From a virus, in IMG/VR virus record IMGVR_UViG_3300045988_103931, positions 10,801-74,800 of that record: a DNA stretch of 64,000 bases, one strand, 5' to 3'. Of the stretch, positions 52,449 through 61,250 are shown one piece after another (within the stretch, counting starts at the first letter, position 1; each line of letters opens with the position of its first letter). The position numbers and the translations under genes are program-made. The notes below the pieces were generated by a model, which searched no databases, had not been told where the DNA came from, and worked only from the letters and a program-made list of their open reading frames with translations.

Positions 52449-54059
52449 TTGCCGGAATCGAAAACAAGTCTTGCGAAAATGCTGCATGACATACGCAGGA
52501 TTGAAGAAAATCGGGAAATACTCACTAAAAAGAAAATACAGGAAATATATCACTCTCTTATGGATGATCTTGATGCATTTCTTGCCAAAGAGTATAAGAA
52601 GTACGCCGATGAAGATGGGCGGCTGTACATGACTTATCTTGATAGCAAGAGACAAAGAGCAAAGTTTCTACAAGAGATTGTAGAGAATGTGGACAGCATA
52701 ACGCCTGACCTGAAAAAGACAATGATGAACCTTGTAAACAAGACTTATGAGGAATGCTACAAGGGAATGTCTGAGACGGTCGTACAAGCCACTACAGCGG
52801 AAAACGTTGCGGGGGTGAGTAAAAACCTTGCCGTTCGTCCAGAGGTGTTAAAACAGGCTGTAGACAACAATATAAGCAAGCTGACCTTGCCACAAGTCAT
52901 GCAAAAGCATAGAGCGGAAATAATCTATCAGATTCAGCAGGAATTGAATATCGGTCTGATGAACGGGGATCGATATGAGCGCATGGCTAAACGCATTTCG
53001 GAACGTGTAGGCGTGAGTATGAGCAAAGCAAATAACATTGTCAGAACAGAATCACACCGAAACATAGAAAGCGGAATGATGGATTGCGCCGAACGGCTCG
53101 ACAGTAAATTAAAAGGCAGTGATTTGATTTATGCGGCAACATGGCGAACGATGAAAGATAATCGCGTCCGTCCGCAAGTGCGCAGACGTACAAAACACGG
53201 TTGGAGAACAAGCTATAGCAAAAATGGCGCAAACCACATGAAAATGGAGGGCGTTACTGTCAGAGTTGGTGAACTGTTTGATTTGGGCGACGGTGTGAAA
53301 GCAAAAGCACCAAGTAAAAGCGGTGTAGCTGCTCATGATTGCAATTGCCGTTGTTATTTGGAATATAACCTCATGACTGTTGAAGAATTTGCCAAAGCAA
53401 CAGGACAGAGTGTTGATAAAATCGAATCAAAATACAATATGGTTCAGTCTGCTACGGAAGATAGTTTGCGGGAGCGGATGAACGATAATGGAATAACTGA
53501 TTTAAAACTACAAGACACAATCCGCAAAGGTAAATTTGATGAAGCTATTCAAACGGCAAAGAAAGCAAACAGAAATGGTGCTTGTGTTGATACTCATCCT
53601 ATGAAAGATTTGAGAAAGTACAAAACATTTCTTTCAAAGGACGGAATGGCGGGTGTAGCTGTAAAGCCTGACGGAGATATAACGGCTGTATTCAAGAATA
53701 GCAATTCAAATGCCAAAGGCGCGGTAAACGATCTGATTATAACCGCAAGAGCAAACGGCGGCACGAAAATGGATTGCTACGGTCAATTCCTTGTAAATGC
53801 TTATGAGCAGTGCGGTTATGTGCCTGTTGCAAGAGTGCCGTTTAATGCTGATTATGTAAGTGACCCGTATTTACTGGAAAAGAAATTCGATGTATTTGTC
53901 ATGATGAAGAACAGCGACGATATCGAAACAGTAATCAAAAAGAATGGTGCAAAAGCCTATAAGTTGTCAAGTGCTGAAGACCTTGCTAAAGTGAAAACAA
54001 TTACAGATTATGACGAAGCGCTTGAATATAGGGATAAACTTTTAAGCAAACAGAAATGA
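52449..54059 (+). CDS. head morphogenesis protein (SPP1 gp7/Mu F-like) with extra C-terminal domain
   Basis: TTG 52449 after GGAGGTGA. NIVRTESHRNIESG...ATWRTMKDNRVRP...HMKMEG Mu-F core. About 190-aa C-terminal domain (GVAVKPDGDITAVFKN...GGTKMDCYG) of unknown function. Confidence 0.75.
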   Translation: MPESKTSLAKMLHDIRRIEENREILTKKKIQEIYHSLMDDLDAFLAKEYKKYADEDGRLYMTYLDSKRQRAKFLQEIVENVDSITPDLKKTMMNLVNKTYEECYKGMSETVVQATTAENVAGVSKNLAVRPEVLKQAVDNNISKLTLPQVMQKHRAEIIYQIQQELNIGLMNGDRYERMAKRISERVGVSMSKANNIVRTESHRNIESGMMDCAERLDSKLKGSDLIYAATWRTMKDNRVRPQVRRRTKHGWRTSYSKNGANHMKMEGVTVRVGELFDLGDGVKAKAPSKSGVAAHDCNCRCYLEYNLMTVEEFAKATGQSVDKIESKYNMVQSATEDSLRERMNDNGITDLKLQDTIRKGKFDEAIQTAKKANRNGACVDTHPMKDLRKYKTFLSKDGMAGVAVKPDGDITAVFKNSNSNAKGAVNDLIITARANGGTKMDCYGQFLVNAYEQCGYVPVARVPFNADYVSDPYLLEKKFDVFVMMKNSDDIETVIKKNGAKAYKLSSAEDLAKVKTITDYDEALEYRDKLLSKQK

Positions 54060-54068
54060 GGTGTTTTG

Positions 54069-54263
54069 ATGGCAGAAATTAAAAGTTTGAAAATCAAACA
54101 GAAAATCTCTGAATTGCGGAAGAAATATCACAGCAACAAAGACGCGCAAGAAGAGATAGACAGAGCCGTTGAAACTGCTTTGTATCATGAGAAACATGGA
54201 GAAGATGATAAGGCATTGAATCATATACAGGCTTTAGAAGATTTTCTTTATGATTGGTATTAA
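54069..54263 (+). CDS. hypothetical protein
   Basis: GAGGTG SD. 64 aa. Confidence 0.5.
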   Translation: MAEIKSLKIKQKISELRKKYHSNKDAQEEIDRAVETALYHEKHGEDDKALNHIQALEDFLYDWY

Positions 54264-54347
54264 ATAACTCGACCTGAGCAAGTCGATAAACTACTCCATA
54301 TTTACTTTCCTTTCTTGACGGAACGGTGAAATTAAGACGTTCCGTTT

Positions 54348-54418
54348 AGGGCGTTAGAATAATGGCAATTCACGTGGCTTTGACCCACGTCAAACAAGTT
54401 CGAATCTTGTACGCCCTG
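54348..54418 (+). tRNA. tRNA-Gln (anticodon UUG)
   Basis: Hand-folded cloverleaf. Acceptor AGGGCGT/ACGCCCT, D GAAT/ATTC, anticodon stem CGTGG/CCACG with loop CTTTGAC, T arm ACAAG-TTCGAAT-CTTGT. Confidence 0.8.
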
Positions 54419-54423
54419 TTCAT

Positions 54424-54499
54424 GCTGACGTAGCGCAATTGGTAGCGCACATGACTTTTAATCATGGAGTTGTGGGTTCAAATCCCATCGTCAGTACCA
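54424..54499 (+). tRNA. tRNA-Lys (anticodon UUU), CCA encoded
   Basis: Acceptor GCTGACG/CGTCAGT, D GCGC/GCGC, anticodon stem CATGA/TCATG with loop CTTTTAA, T arm GTGGG-TTCAAAT-CCCAT, then ACCA. Confidence 0.8.
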
Positions 54500-54603
54500 A
54501 ATCCCCGTTTCCGGAGCGGGCACGTGAGTACAGATTAGGTATTCCGACAGAGTACGGAGAGAGCGTGATTCCAATGTCAATCATGCAGAAAGCTCTGTCA
54601 CAC

Positions 54604-54675
54604 GGGATATTAGCTCAGTTGGCAGAGCACATGGCTGTTAACCATGTAGCAGAGGTTCGATTCCTTTATATCCCG
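54604..54675 (+). tRNA. tRNA-Asn (anticodon GUU)
   Basis: Acceptor GGGATAT/ATATCCC, D GCTC-AGTTGGCA-GAGC, anticodon stem CATGG/CCATG with loop CTGTTAA, T arm AGAGG-TTCGATT-CCTTT. Confidence 0.8.
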
Positions 54676-54708
54676 TTGGACTTTTGTCCAGAATATTCCA
54701 GAAAACTC

Positions 54709-54737
54709 TTGACAAGTGAAAGTTATTGTGGTATAAT
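54709..54737 (+). promoter_or_regulatory. consensus sigma-A promoter
   Basis: TTGACA-17 nt-TATAAT with TGg extended -10. Between tRNA-Asn and tRNA-Trp. Confidence 0.7.
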
Positions 54738-54789
54738 GTGTTAGAATGGATAATTATTGAAATTATTACATCTATTCATCGTGACAAAC

Positions 54790-54861
54790 AAGGGCATAGT
54801 TTAACGTAAAACATCGGTCTCCAAAATCGAAAGATGGTGGGTTCAAATCCCTCTGCCTTTG
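54790..54861 (+). tRNA. tRNA-Trp (anticodon CCA), atypical
   Basis: Acceptor AAGGGCA/TGCCTTT (one G.U), short D arm GTTT-AACGTA-AAAC, anticodon stem TCGGT/ATCGA with loop CTCCAAA, T arm GTGGG-TTCAAAT-CCCTC (one U.U mismatch). Confidence 0.55.
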
Positions 54862-54914
54862 TTACGATGATATAAATAATAGCTCGTCTGCCATGAGCAG
54901 AAGGAGTTCCTAAA

Positions 54915-54945
54915 GACGTTTTGCCTTTGCAAAGCGTTTTTTGTT
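54915..54945 (+). terminator. rho-independent terminator after the tRNA cluster
   Basis: GACGTTTTGC-ctt-TGCAAAGCGT followed by TTTTTTG. Confidence 0.65.
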
Positions 54946-54956
54946 TATAAGGTAAA

Positions 54957-54990
54957 GTGAGGACTGATCTATAAGGTTAGTCCTCTTTTG
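54957..54990 (+). terminator. second hairpin terminator
   Basis: GAGGACT-N13-AGTCCTC followed by TTTTG. Confidence 0.55.
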
Positions 54991-55061
54991 CATATATTTT
55001 TACGGTTCATCTATATGGTGAATCCATACTGTTCTATACGGACAAAAACGGAGGTAAAACT

Positions 55062-55763
55062 ATGAATCTTGAAAAAATACAGAAAATGCTTGCTGATGGG
55101 CGCATTACACAGGAAGAATACGATGAATTTGTAAAAACGCTTCCTGTTGATGAAACCACCGAACAAAAGCCGTCAGAAACGGAAGAACAAGAGCCTGAAA
55201 GCAAAGCTGAACCGATTGATTATGACAAACTTGATAAGATTCTCCAAAGCCGTCTCGATAGAGCTATGGCACAGGAGCGCAAGAAAAGCGCAGACTTGCA
55301 GAAACAGCTCGAAAGAATACAGCGAGAAAAGCTGACGGATGAAGAATTGAGAAATGTCGAAATCGAAGAAAAGGAAAAAGCTATCGCCGAGAGAGAAAAG
55401 GCTATTACAGACAAGGAAAACCGTCTGTATGCAGTGAAAGCTATCAAAGAAGCGGGTCTTGATGATGGCAGTGATATGTCATTGGCTCTTGTAGATTTTG
55501 TTATGGGAGCGGATGAAACAGAAATCAACGATAGAGTAAAGAGTTTCAAGAAACTGTTTACTTCCGCAGTAGACAAAGCAGTAAATGCAGAGGTCACAAA
55601 ACGATTTAAAGACGCAGGAAGACAGCCGCAACAGGGCAACACTCTGAACGGTGGCAAAAATCCGTATACGAAAGAACAATTCAATCTTTCGGAACAAATG
55701 CGGATAGAGATTGAGAACCCCGAACTCGCAACACAGCTCAAAGCGGCGGCGGGGGTTAAATGA
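55062..55763 (+). CDS. capsid scaffolding protein (DUF4355-like)
   Basis: GGAGGTAAAAC SD. Acidic, coiled-coil rich. KLDKILQSRLDRAMAQERKK. Upstream of the major capsid gene. Confidence 0.7.
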   Translation: MNLEKIQKMLADGRITQEEYDEFVKTLPVDETTEQKPSETEEQEPESKAEPIDYDKLDKILQSRLDRAMAQERKKSADLQKQLERIQREKLTDEELRNVEIEEKEKAIAEREKAITDKENRLYAVKAIKEAGLDDGSDMSLALVDFVMGADETEINDRVKSFKKLFTSAVDKAVNAEVTKRFKDAGRQPQQGNTLNGGKNPYTKEQFNLSEQMRIEIENPELATQLKAAAGVK

Positions 55764-56125
55764 TGAAAGCGAACATTTTAGGAGCTGAATACGAAATAGT
55801 CTTCAAAGACTATGAAGAGGACACCGAATTTACCAAAAGGGGATTATGCGGATATTGTGATTCAATAGAACATATTATCTGCATTGGAAAATTCCAGTCT
55901 TTTCCCGGTTGGGAGGAAGAAACACAAGAGCGCTGTGAGAAACAGCAAAAGCTCACAATGCGTCATGAAATTATTCATGCGTTTTTCAGTGAAAGCGGAT
56001 TGCAAGACAGCAGTGGCGTGATTGATGATATCGGGTGGTCACAGAACGAAGAAATGGTTGATTACTTTGCTATTCAGTTTCCGAAAATTCAAAAGGTGTT
56101 CAAAGATTTGAATATCGACACATGA
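55760..56125 (+). CDS. HExxH-motif protein between scaffold and capsid genes
   Basis: ATGA overlap. TMRHEIIHAFFSESG (HExxH) and CGYCDS. Confidence 0.55.
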   Translation: MMKANILGAEYEIVFKDYEEDTEFTKRGLCGYCDSIEHIICIGKFQSFPGWEEETQERCEKQQKLTMRHEIIHAFFSESGLQDSSGVIDDIGWSQNEEMVDYFAIQFPKIQKVFKDLNIDT

Positions 56126-56139
56126 GAACAACATTACAT

Positions 56140-56166
56140 AGCACCCGATGAGGTGCTTTATTTATT
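56140..56166 (+). terminator. hairpin plus T-rich tract upstream of the capsid gene
   Basis: AGCACC-cgatga-GGTGCT followed by TTATTTATT. Confidence 0.45.
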
Positions 56167-56178
56167 GGAGGTAAAATA

Positions 56179-57297
56179 ATGGCTGATAATTACACCGTAT
56201 ATGCAAATATGCAAGTAGTACCGAGCAAGTTTTCTCAGTACACAATAGACAGAACAACCGCGCTTTCTATGCTCGTTAGAAGCGGCATTGCCACTTCTGA
56301 CGCAACAGTAGCGCAACTTATTAACGGCACTCCGCAGGGTGGTAGATTTATTACTCTCCCTCACTACAATGCTCTCGGCGGTGACGATGATGTATTCTCC
56401 GAAACCGCTCTTGAAGTAAGCAACGTAACAACTGACGCTGCAAACGCTACTCTGCTTATGAGACAGAAAGCGTGGGGCGCAACAGACCTTGCGCACGTTC
56501 TCGGTGGCTCAGACCCGATGGCTGCTATAGCCAACCTTGTTTCTGACTGGTGGCTTGAAAAGGAACAGGCTATTTATCTGTCTGTTCTCAAAGGTGTTCT
56601 TGACCCGACTTCTGGTGCGCTGAAAGCTCACGTAAACGACATTTCTGGTGGTACTGGTGCTGCTGCAAACATTAGTGTTGGTGCGGCTCTTGATACTAAA
56701 CAGGCTCTGGGCGATCATTACAATTCTCTCGGCGTTGTGTTCATGCATTCTGCAACATATACACAGCTTCAGAAGAATCAGGATATTGCGACCGAATATG
56801 ACGCAACACTCCAGATTAAGATTGAAACATATCTTGGCTATCGCGTTATCGTTGATGACGGTCTGCCTTACTACAGCTGGACAAAGGACAACGCAAACGG
56901 CACTGTAACCATTACAGACGCTAACCTTGCACAGTATCAGGCACACTGCCTTGAAACTCTCGCAAAGGACGATAAGGTAAAGGCGATTGCAAACCCGATT
57001 TACGACACCTATTTCGTCGGTCAGGGTTGCTTCATTCGTCAGGATGGCACTCCGCAGGGCTTCGTCGGCACTGAGACTGACCGTGACAAGCTCGCCGCAA
57101 AGGACGTGCTTATTAACCGTCGTTGCATGGTTATACACCCCAGAGGACTTTCGTGGAACGTAAGCGCAACATATCCGTCTGGTATTTACTATCCGACAAA
57201 TGCAATGCTTGCTACTCCGGGCAACTGGGCACTCAAGACTGATCACAAGAAGTGCGCTATGGCTATGCTCAGACATAAGCTGAATCAGTCCACTTAA
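56179..57297 (+). CDS. major capsid protein (HK97-fold)
   Basis: GGAGGTAAAAT SD. 372 aa. Strongly biased codon use and higher GC than the neighbouring genes. LMRQKAWGATDLAHVLGGSDPMAAIANLVSDWW block. Position after the scaffold gene. Confidence 0.8.
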   Translation: MADNYTVYANMQVVPSKFSQYTIDRTTALSMLVRSGIATSDATVAQLINGTPQGGRFITLPHYNALGGDDDVFSETALEVSNVTTDAANATLLMRQKAWGATDLAHVLGGSDPMAAIANLVSDWWLEKEQAIYLSVLKGVLDPTSGALKAHVNDISGGTGAAANISVGAALDTKQALGDHYNSLGVVFMHSATYTQLQKNQDIATEYDATLQIKIETYLGYRVIVDDGLPYYSWTKDNANGTVTITDANLAQYQAHCLETLAKDDKVKAIANPIYDTYFVGQGCFIRQDGTPQGFVGTETDRDKLAAKDVLINRRCMVIHPRGLSWNVSATYPSGIYYPTNAMLATPGNWALKTDHKKCAMAMLRHKLNQST

Positions 57298-57298
57298 G

Positions 57299-57341
57299 TT
57301 TACATTGCGTTCATATTGAGTTAAAACTCATATAGTATAAT
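57299..57341 (+). promoter_or_regulatory. variant promoter V3
   Basis: TTTACATTGCGTTCATATTGAGTT...TATAAT. Paralogous to V1 and V2 at 5.8-6.05 kb. Confidence 0.5.
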
Positions 57342-57441
57342 AATGATAGCGGATAGTGATAGCTACACGACAAGGGCGGTAATCCCTGCCGCCCTTCCGC
57401 TAACTTTTATTATATTGACAGGGATATGTAATGGGAAACAT

Positions 57442-58068
57442 ATGGGATACATTGACTTGACTGGTAGGAGATTTGGTAAACTTGTTGTTATAGAGAAAAC
57501 GGAATTAAGAGCATCAAACGGCAGTGTAATATGGCGGTGCAAATGCGATTGTGGGAACGAAATGACAACGGCATCCAAAAATCTTTTGAGCGGGAACTCC
57601 AAAAGTTGCGGTTGCCGAAATTACGAAACCAAAAACGCGAAGCACGGCTTATCTGGCAAAAAAATCTATTCCATTTGGGACGCTATGATGTCAAGGTGCT
57701 ATAATATCAACCAAAAGAGCTATAAAGACTACGGCGCAAGAGGGATAAGCGTGTGCGACGAATGGCATGACCCAAAGGCGTTTGTAGAATGGAGCAAGGT
57801 GAGTGGATATAAAGAGGGCTTATCTATCGACAGGATAGACGTAAATGGGAAATACGAGCCGTCAAATTGCCGTTGGGCAACGAGGATAGAACAAGCCAAC
57901 AACAAGCGAAGCAGTCATCTTATAACGTATAACGGCAAAACGCAAACAGTTAAGCAGTGGGCTAACGAAATTGGTATAAAATATCAAACGTTGCTTATGA
58001 GATTAAACGAAAGAGGATGGAGCGTTGAAAAAGCTCTAACAGAACAAGTACACAAAGGGACAAAATAA
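57442..58068 (+). CDS. free-standing DNA-binding/homing-endonuclease-like protein
   Basis: ATG 57442. LTGRRFGKLVV....WRCKCDCGN....SCGC...HGLSGKKIYSIWDAMMSRC...YGARGISVCDEW...SIDRIDVNGKYEPSNCRWAT. Has its own promoter and terminator. Confidence 0.55.
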   Translation: MGYIDLTGRRFGKLVVIEKTELRASNGSVIWRCKCDCGNEMTTASKNLLSGNSKSCGCRNYETKNAKHGLSGKKIYSIWDAMMSRCYNINQKSYKDYGARGISVCDEWHDPKAFVEWSKVSGYKEGLSIDRIDVNGKYEPSNCRWATRIEQANNKRSSHLITYNGKTQTVKQWANEIGIKYQTLLMRLNERGWSVEKALTEQVHKGTK

Positions 58069-58072
58069 AACG

Positions 58073-58096
58073 AAGCACCTTTAAAGGTGCTTTTTG
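58073..58096 (+). terminator. rho-independent terminator
   Basis: AAGCACCTTT/AAAGGTGCTT palindrome followed by TTTGT. Confidence 0.7.
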
Positions 58097-58260
58097 TATT
58101 GGAGGGATTATTATTTCACTCACATTTTGGAATCAGAAAAGGCGTAACGCTGCTGCTATCCTAAGAATGCAGGAAGAAGCGGCGCGAGAAGCAGAAGAAG
58201 TGGCAAAGGAAGAAGCGACAAAGGAAGAAGAAAAACCTCAAACAAAGAGAGGTAGAAAAA

Positions 58261-58602
58261 ATGCTGACAGCGGAACAGATAGCGGCTCTTAATCTTGGCG
58301 TTGACACAGACGCGAAAACCGTTATAACAATCAACGTCGCGCTTGAATGGATTCAAGATCATACAACAATAGATACGTCCGATATTGACAAACTTCCGGC
58401 TTGCGCAAAACTTTTCATGATAAAGTTTGCCGAAATCGGCAGTATACAAAGTGGCGTCGTATCGGAAAGTATCGAGGGACTGTCGCTTAGTTACGGTGAA
58501 AGCAATAAATCTGGCATGATATGGGACGCTGCATATGAACTGCTTGGCGCGTATGTAAAAAGTCCTGTTAGATTTGTTGCAGCACAAGATCGATGGAAAT
58601 AA
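58261..58602 (+). CDS. head-tail connector (gp6-like DNA-packaging/connector protein)
   Basis: MLTAEQIAALNLGVDTDAK..I...LEWIQ pattern of Phage_connect_1 proteins. Lies after the capsid gene. Confidence 0.6.
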   Translation: MLTAEQIAALNLGVDTDAKTVITINVALEWIQDHTTIDTSDIDKLPACAKLFMIKFAEIGSIQSGVVSESIEGLSLSYGESNKSGMIWDAAYELLGAYVKSPVRFVAAQDRWK

Positions 58603-58646
58603 TCATTTTCGTGACCTCACGAAAATGAAACAAGTGAGGTGTATTC

Positions 58647-59147
58647 ATGGGTGTTAAATACAAAGTTGATTCAAACTTCATTCCAGAAATAAAAGCGAAT
58701 ATGAAGTCTATGAAAGCGAGAACGGTAACAATCGGCGCGCTTGAAGGTGAATCTGCTTGGCTTGCAGGAATCCATGAGTATGGCTGTGAAATTCGTGTAA
58801 CGCCGAAAATGCGTGCGTATCTTCATGGTCAAGGTTTGCATCTTAAAGACAGCACGACTGTTATAAAAATTCCCGAAAGATCATTCCTGCGTAGTACGTT
58901 TGATTCGGAGAACGACAGAATCATGAAACAAACTGAACGGGCAATCGGTCAAGTTGCATCTGGTGCTATGTCTGTAGATGATATGCTCGATCTTTGCGGG
59001 CAACAGTTTGCTACCGCAATAAAAGGCAAGATTGTTGAAATATCATCCCCGCCGAACCACCCGTACACTGTTGAACAAAAAGGAAGCAGCAATCCTCTTG
59101 TTGATACTGGTGGTCTTGTAGAATCTATCACATGGAAAGTAGAGTAA
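58647..59147 (+). CDS. head-tail joining protein (HK97 gp10-like)
   Basis: GAGGTG SD. SSNPLVDTGGLVESITWKV C-terminal motif. Confidence 0.55.
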   Translation: MGVKYKVDSNFIPEIKANMKSMKARTVTIGALEGESAWLAGIHEYGCEIRVTPKMRAYLHGQGLHLKDSTTVIKIPERSFLRSTFDSENDRIMKQTERAIGQVASGAMSVDDMLDLCGQQFATAIKGKIVEISSPPNHPYTVEQKGSSNPLVDTGGLVESITWKVE

Positions 59148-59151
59148 ACGT

Positions 59152-59520
59152 ATGCCGAAATATTTTAACTTTGATAATCTCATAAAAAAATATAGCACTA
59201 CCTTTACCGTTATTTTTCCTGCTGATGGATATTATGATGATTCTGGTGACTGGGTAGATGGTGCTGAAACAAAGCAAACTATGACGGGGGCTATAATCTC
59301 TCATAGGGCTTCTAAAGTCTTTCAGAGCGGTGGAACACTTACGCAACAGGATAGGGCATTGTATGTGTTAAACCCGCTCACAGACGCTTTAAAACGTGCG
59401 AGAATCGTTCATGACGGCAAGGAATACCGAATAGGTGATGAGCTTGAAAACAGCGAGTTTACAGGGGTGTATTGCTACACTTTAAAATATGTCAGTGTGT
59501 TTGATGGAGGTGGTGAATAG
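59152..59520 (+). CDS. head closure/neck protein
   Basis: Size and position in the connector block. 122 aa. Confidence 0.45.
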   Translation: MPKYFNFDNLIKKYSTTFTVIFPADGYYDDSGDWVDGAETKQTMTGAIISHRASKVFQSGGTLTQQDRALYVLNPLTDALKRARIVHDGKEYRIGDELENSEFTGVYCYTLKYVSVFDGGGE

Positions 59521-60389
59521 TGGTTGATATTGAAGCATTACGGTCAGTAGTAGCAAAGGGATTAAAGCAATATCTCGGTTGCCCAGTGATAAAGAGCAAT
59601 CAGAACGCGCTGCCGCCTAAATATCCGTACTGCTCGTATACCGTAACAACCGTAGCAACCGAAAACAACGGCACATATGGCGAATGGGAAGACGGAGTGG
59701 CGCGAAAAGGCGTGAACACTGTATGGAGTATAACAGTGAACTCCGATGATAACGCCGAAAGCGCTACATTGGCGAATAAAGCGCGGGAATGGCTCGATTA
59801 TGCGGGAACTGTATATTTGAACGACAAAGGGGTGGTTGTTCAAGCGGTCACTGCCATAACAAACCGTGATAATGTGTTGACAAGTGATTATGAATATCGC
59901 AATGGTTTTGACTGTTTCTTCTGGTGCTATGACACGGTTGAAATGCCTGATGTTGACACAATCGGCACTGTACAGCTTGGCGGAAAAGAAATCAAGCCCG
60001 AAGACTATGAAGATATCATAACCGAATTGAACCGCAAGCTTGATGAAGCTAATGCAGATTTTGAGAATATCAGAAATGCAATAGCGGAAAAAGGAATTAG
60101 CATTGACGAAACTACTCCTACAAGCCTATATGCGGAAAAGATTGGCGAGATTACAGGTGGCGTAACAGATACCGCGCTGTCCGAAACAAGCACTAACCCA
60201 GTGCAAAACAAGGTTATTACGTCGGCATTGAAAAATCTTGATCATAGTAAGCTCAAAAACCTTGACGTGATAGATCAACACCCCATCAAAGCAATAAAAG
60301 GGCTAACAACGGAACTCAACGAAAAAATAGAAGAGATTCCGACGCTTAGCAACCGTGAAATTGAGAATATAATTAACAGTTTCGTATAA
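59520..60389 (+). CDS. neck/terminator-like protein with C-terminal fibre segment
   Basis: GTG after GGAGGTGG. C-terminal LSETSTNPVQNKVITSAL motif shared with the fibres at 1762 and 60402. Confidence 0.5.
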   Translation: MVDIEALRSVVAKGLKQYLGCPVIKSNQNALPPKYPYCSYTVTTVATENNGTYGEWEDGVARKGVNTVWSITVNSDDNAESATLANKAREWLDYAGTVYLNDKGVVVQAVTAITNRDNVLTSDYEYRNGFDCFFWCYDTVEMPDVDTIGTVQLGGKEIKPEDYEDIITELNRKLDEANADFENIRNAIAEKGISIDETTPTSLYAEKIGEITGGVTDTALSETSTNPVQNKVITSALKNLDHSKLKNLDVIDQHPIKAIKGLTTELNEKIEEIPTLSNREIENIINSFV

Positions 60390-60401
60390 GGAGGCTGACT
60401 A

Positions 60402-61238
60402 ATGGCGAAATACTTAGACGATAATGGTCTGCTTTACTTGTGGAGCAAAATCAAGGACGCATTCGTGAAGAAAGAAACAGGCAAGGCACTTTCAACAAAC
60501 GATTACACTACTGCCGAAAAAGAGAAACTTGCGGGGATTGAAGCGGGAGCGAATAAAACAACAATCGTTGACAACTTGACAAGTGAATCCACCACATCGG
60601 CTCTATCTGCGGCGCAAGGCAAGGCATTAAAAGCAAGCATTGATAGTATCACAACCGATATTGGCGCACTGGGTGGCGGTGATATGATGAAAGCCACCTA
60701 TGATACTGACGGTGACGGCATAGTTGATGACGCTGAAAAGTTGGGTGGTCAAGCCCCGTCCTACTATGCCAAAGCAAGTGACGTTCCGACTATTGATAGC
60801 GCACTGTCTGGAACATCAACGAACCCCGTGCAGAATAAAGCCGTTCATGCTGCACTTGCAGGAAAAGCAAATACCGCAACGACACTTGAGGGATATGGCA
60901 TTACTGATGCATACAAAAAGACGGAAGTATATGCAAAAACAGAAGTATACACACAAACTGAAACCGACACCAAAATTTCAACAGCGGTTGCGAACGCAGG
61001 ACACCTGAAACGCACTATCGTTGATGCACTTCCCGCTGTAGGAAACGCAGACGCAAACACCATTTACATGAAAACGGAAGACCCTGACAGTTCGGACAAT
61101 AAATACGTTGAATGGATGGTTATCAACGGCGCATGGGAAAAGGTTGGAACGTCTGACGTTGACTTGAGCGGTTATCTGCAAAAAACAGAAGTAACGGCTA
61201 TCACTAACGGCGAGATTGATATAGTGGTAGCGTCGTAA
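60402..61238 (+). CDS. fibre protein (neck/head or tail fibre)
   Basis: AAGGAGG SD. MAKYLDDNGLLYLWSKIK, LSTNDYTTAEKEKLAGIEAGANKT, LSGTSTNPVQNKAVHAAL. Confidence 0.6.
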   Translation: MAKYLDDNGLLYLWSKIKDAFVKKETGKALSTNDYTTAEKEKLAGIEAGANKTTIVDNLTSESTTSALSAAQGKALKASIDSITTDIGALGGGDMMKATYDTDGDGIVDDAEKLGGQAPSYYAKASDVPTIDSALSGTSTNPVQNKAVHAALAGKANTATTLEGYGITDAYKKTEVYAKTEVYTQTETDTKISTAVANAGHLKRTIVDALPAVGNADANTIYMKTEDPDSSDNKYVEWMVINGAWEKVGTSDVDLSGYLQKTEVTAITNGEIDIVVAS

Positions 61239-61250
61239 GGAGGGAGCTAT

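Noticed and set aside
54500-54603. Possible fifth tRNA or tRNA-like element between tRNA-Lys and tRNA-Asn.
   Set aside because: I could not fold a cloverleaf. There is no T-loop consensus with a flanking stem and no matching acceptor arms.
54439-54744. 101-aa plus-strand ORF across the tRNA cluster.
   Set aside because: It overlaps tRNA-Lys and tRNA-Asn and the consensus promoter, so the reading frame is a by-product of the tRNA sequences.
56509-57276. 255-aa minus-strand ORF inside the major capsid gene. Many similar antisense ORFs are in the track (for example 53-502, 8906-9379, 26389-26964, 33168-33635, 40880-41374, 55220-55741).
   Set aside because: Each lies antisense to a well-supported + strand gene and lacks an SD. 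The predicted peptides are Cys/Ser/Phe-rich and low in complexity. The phage is otherwise strictly co-directional outside the lysogeny module.
58101-58292. Purine-rich possible small ORF (ATG 58167, MQEEAAREAEEVAKEEATKEEEKPQTKRGRKNADSGTDSGS) between the homing-endonuclease-like gene and the connector gene.
   Set aside because: It overlaps the well-supported start at 58261 by 32 nt. Its only good SD (GGAGGG at 58101) would require an ATT start, and the sequence is low complexity. I left it unannotated, although a small Rho-N-like or decoration-related gene cannot be excluded.
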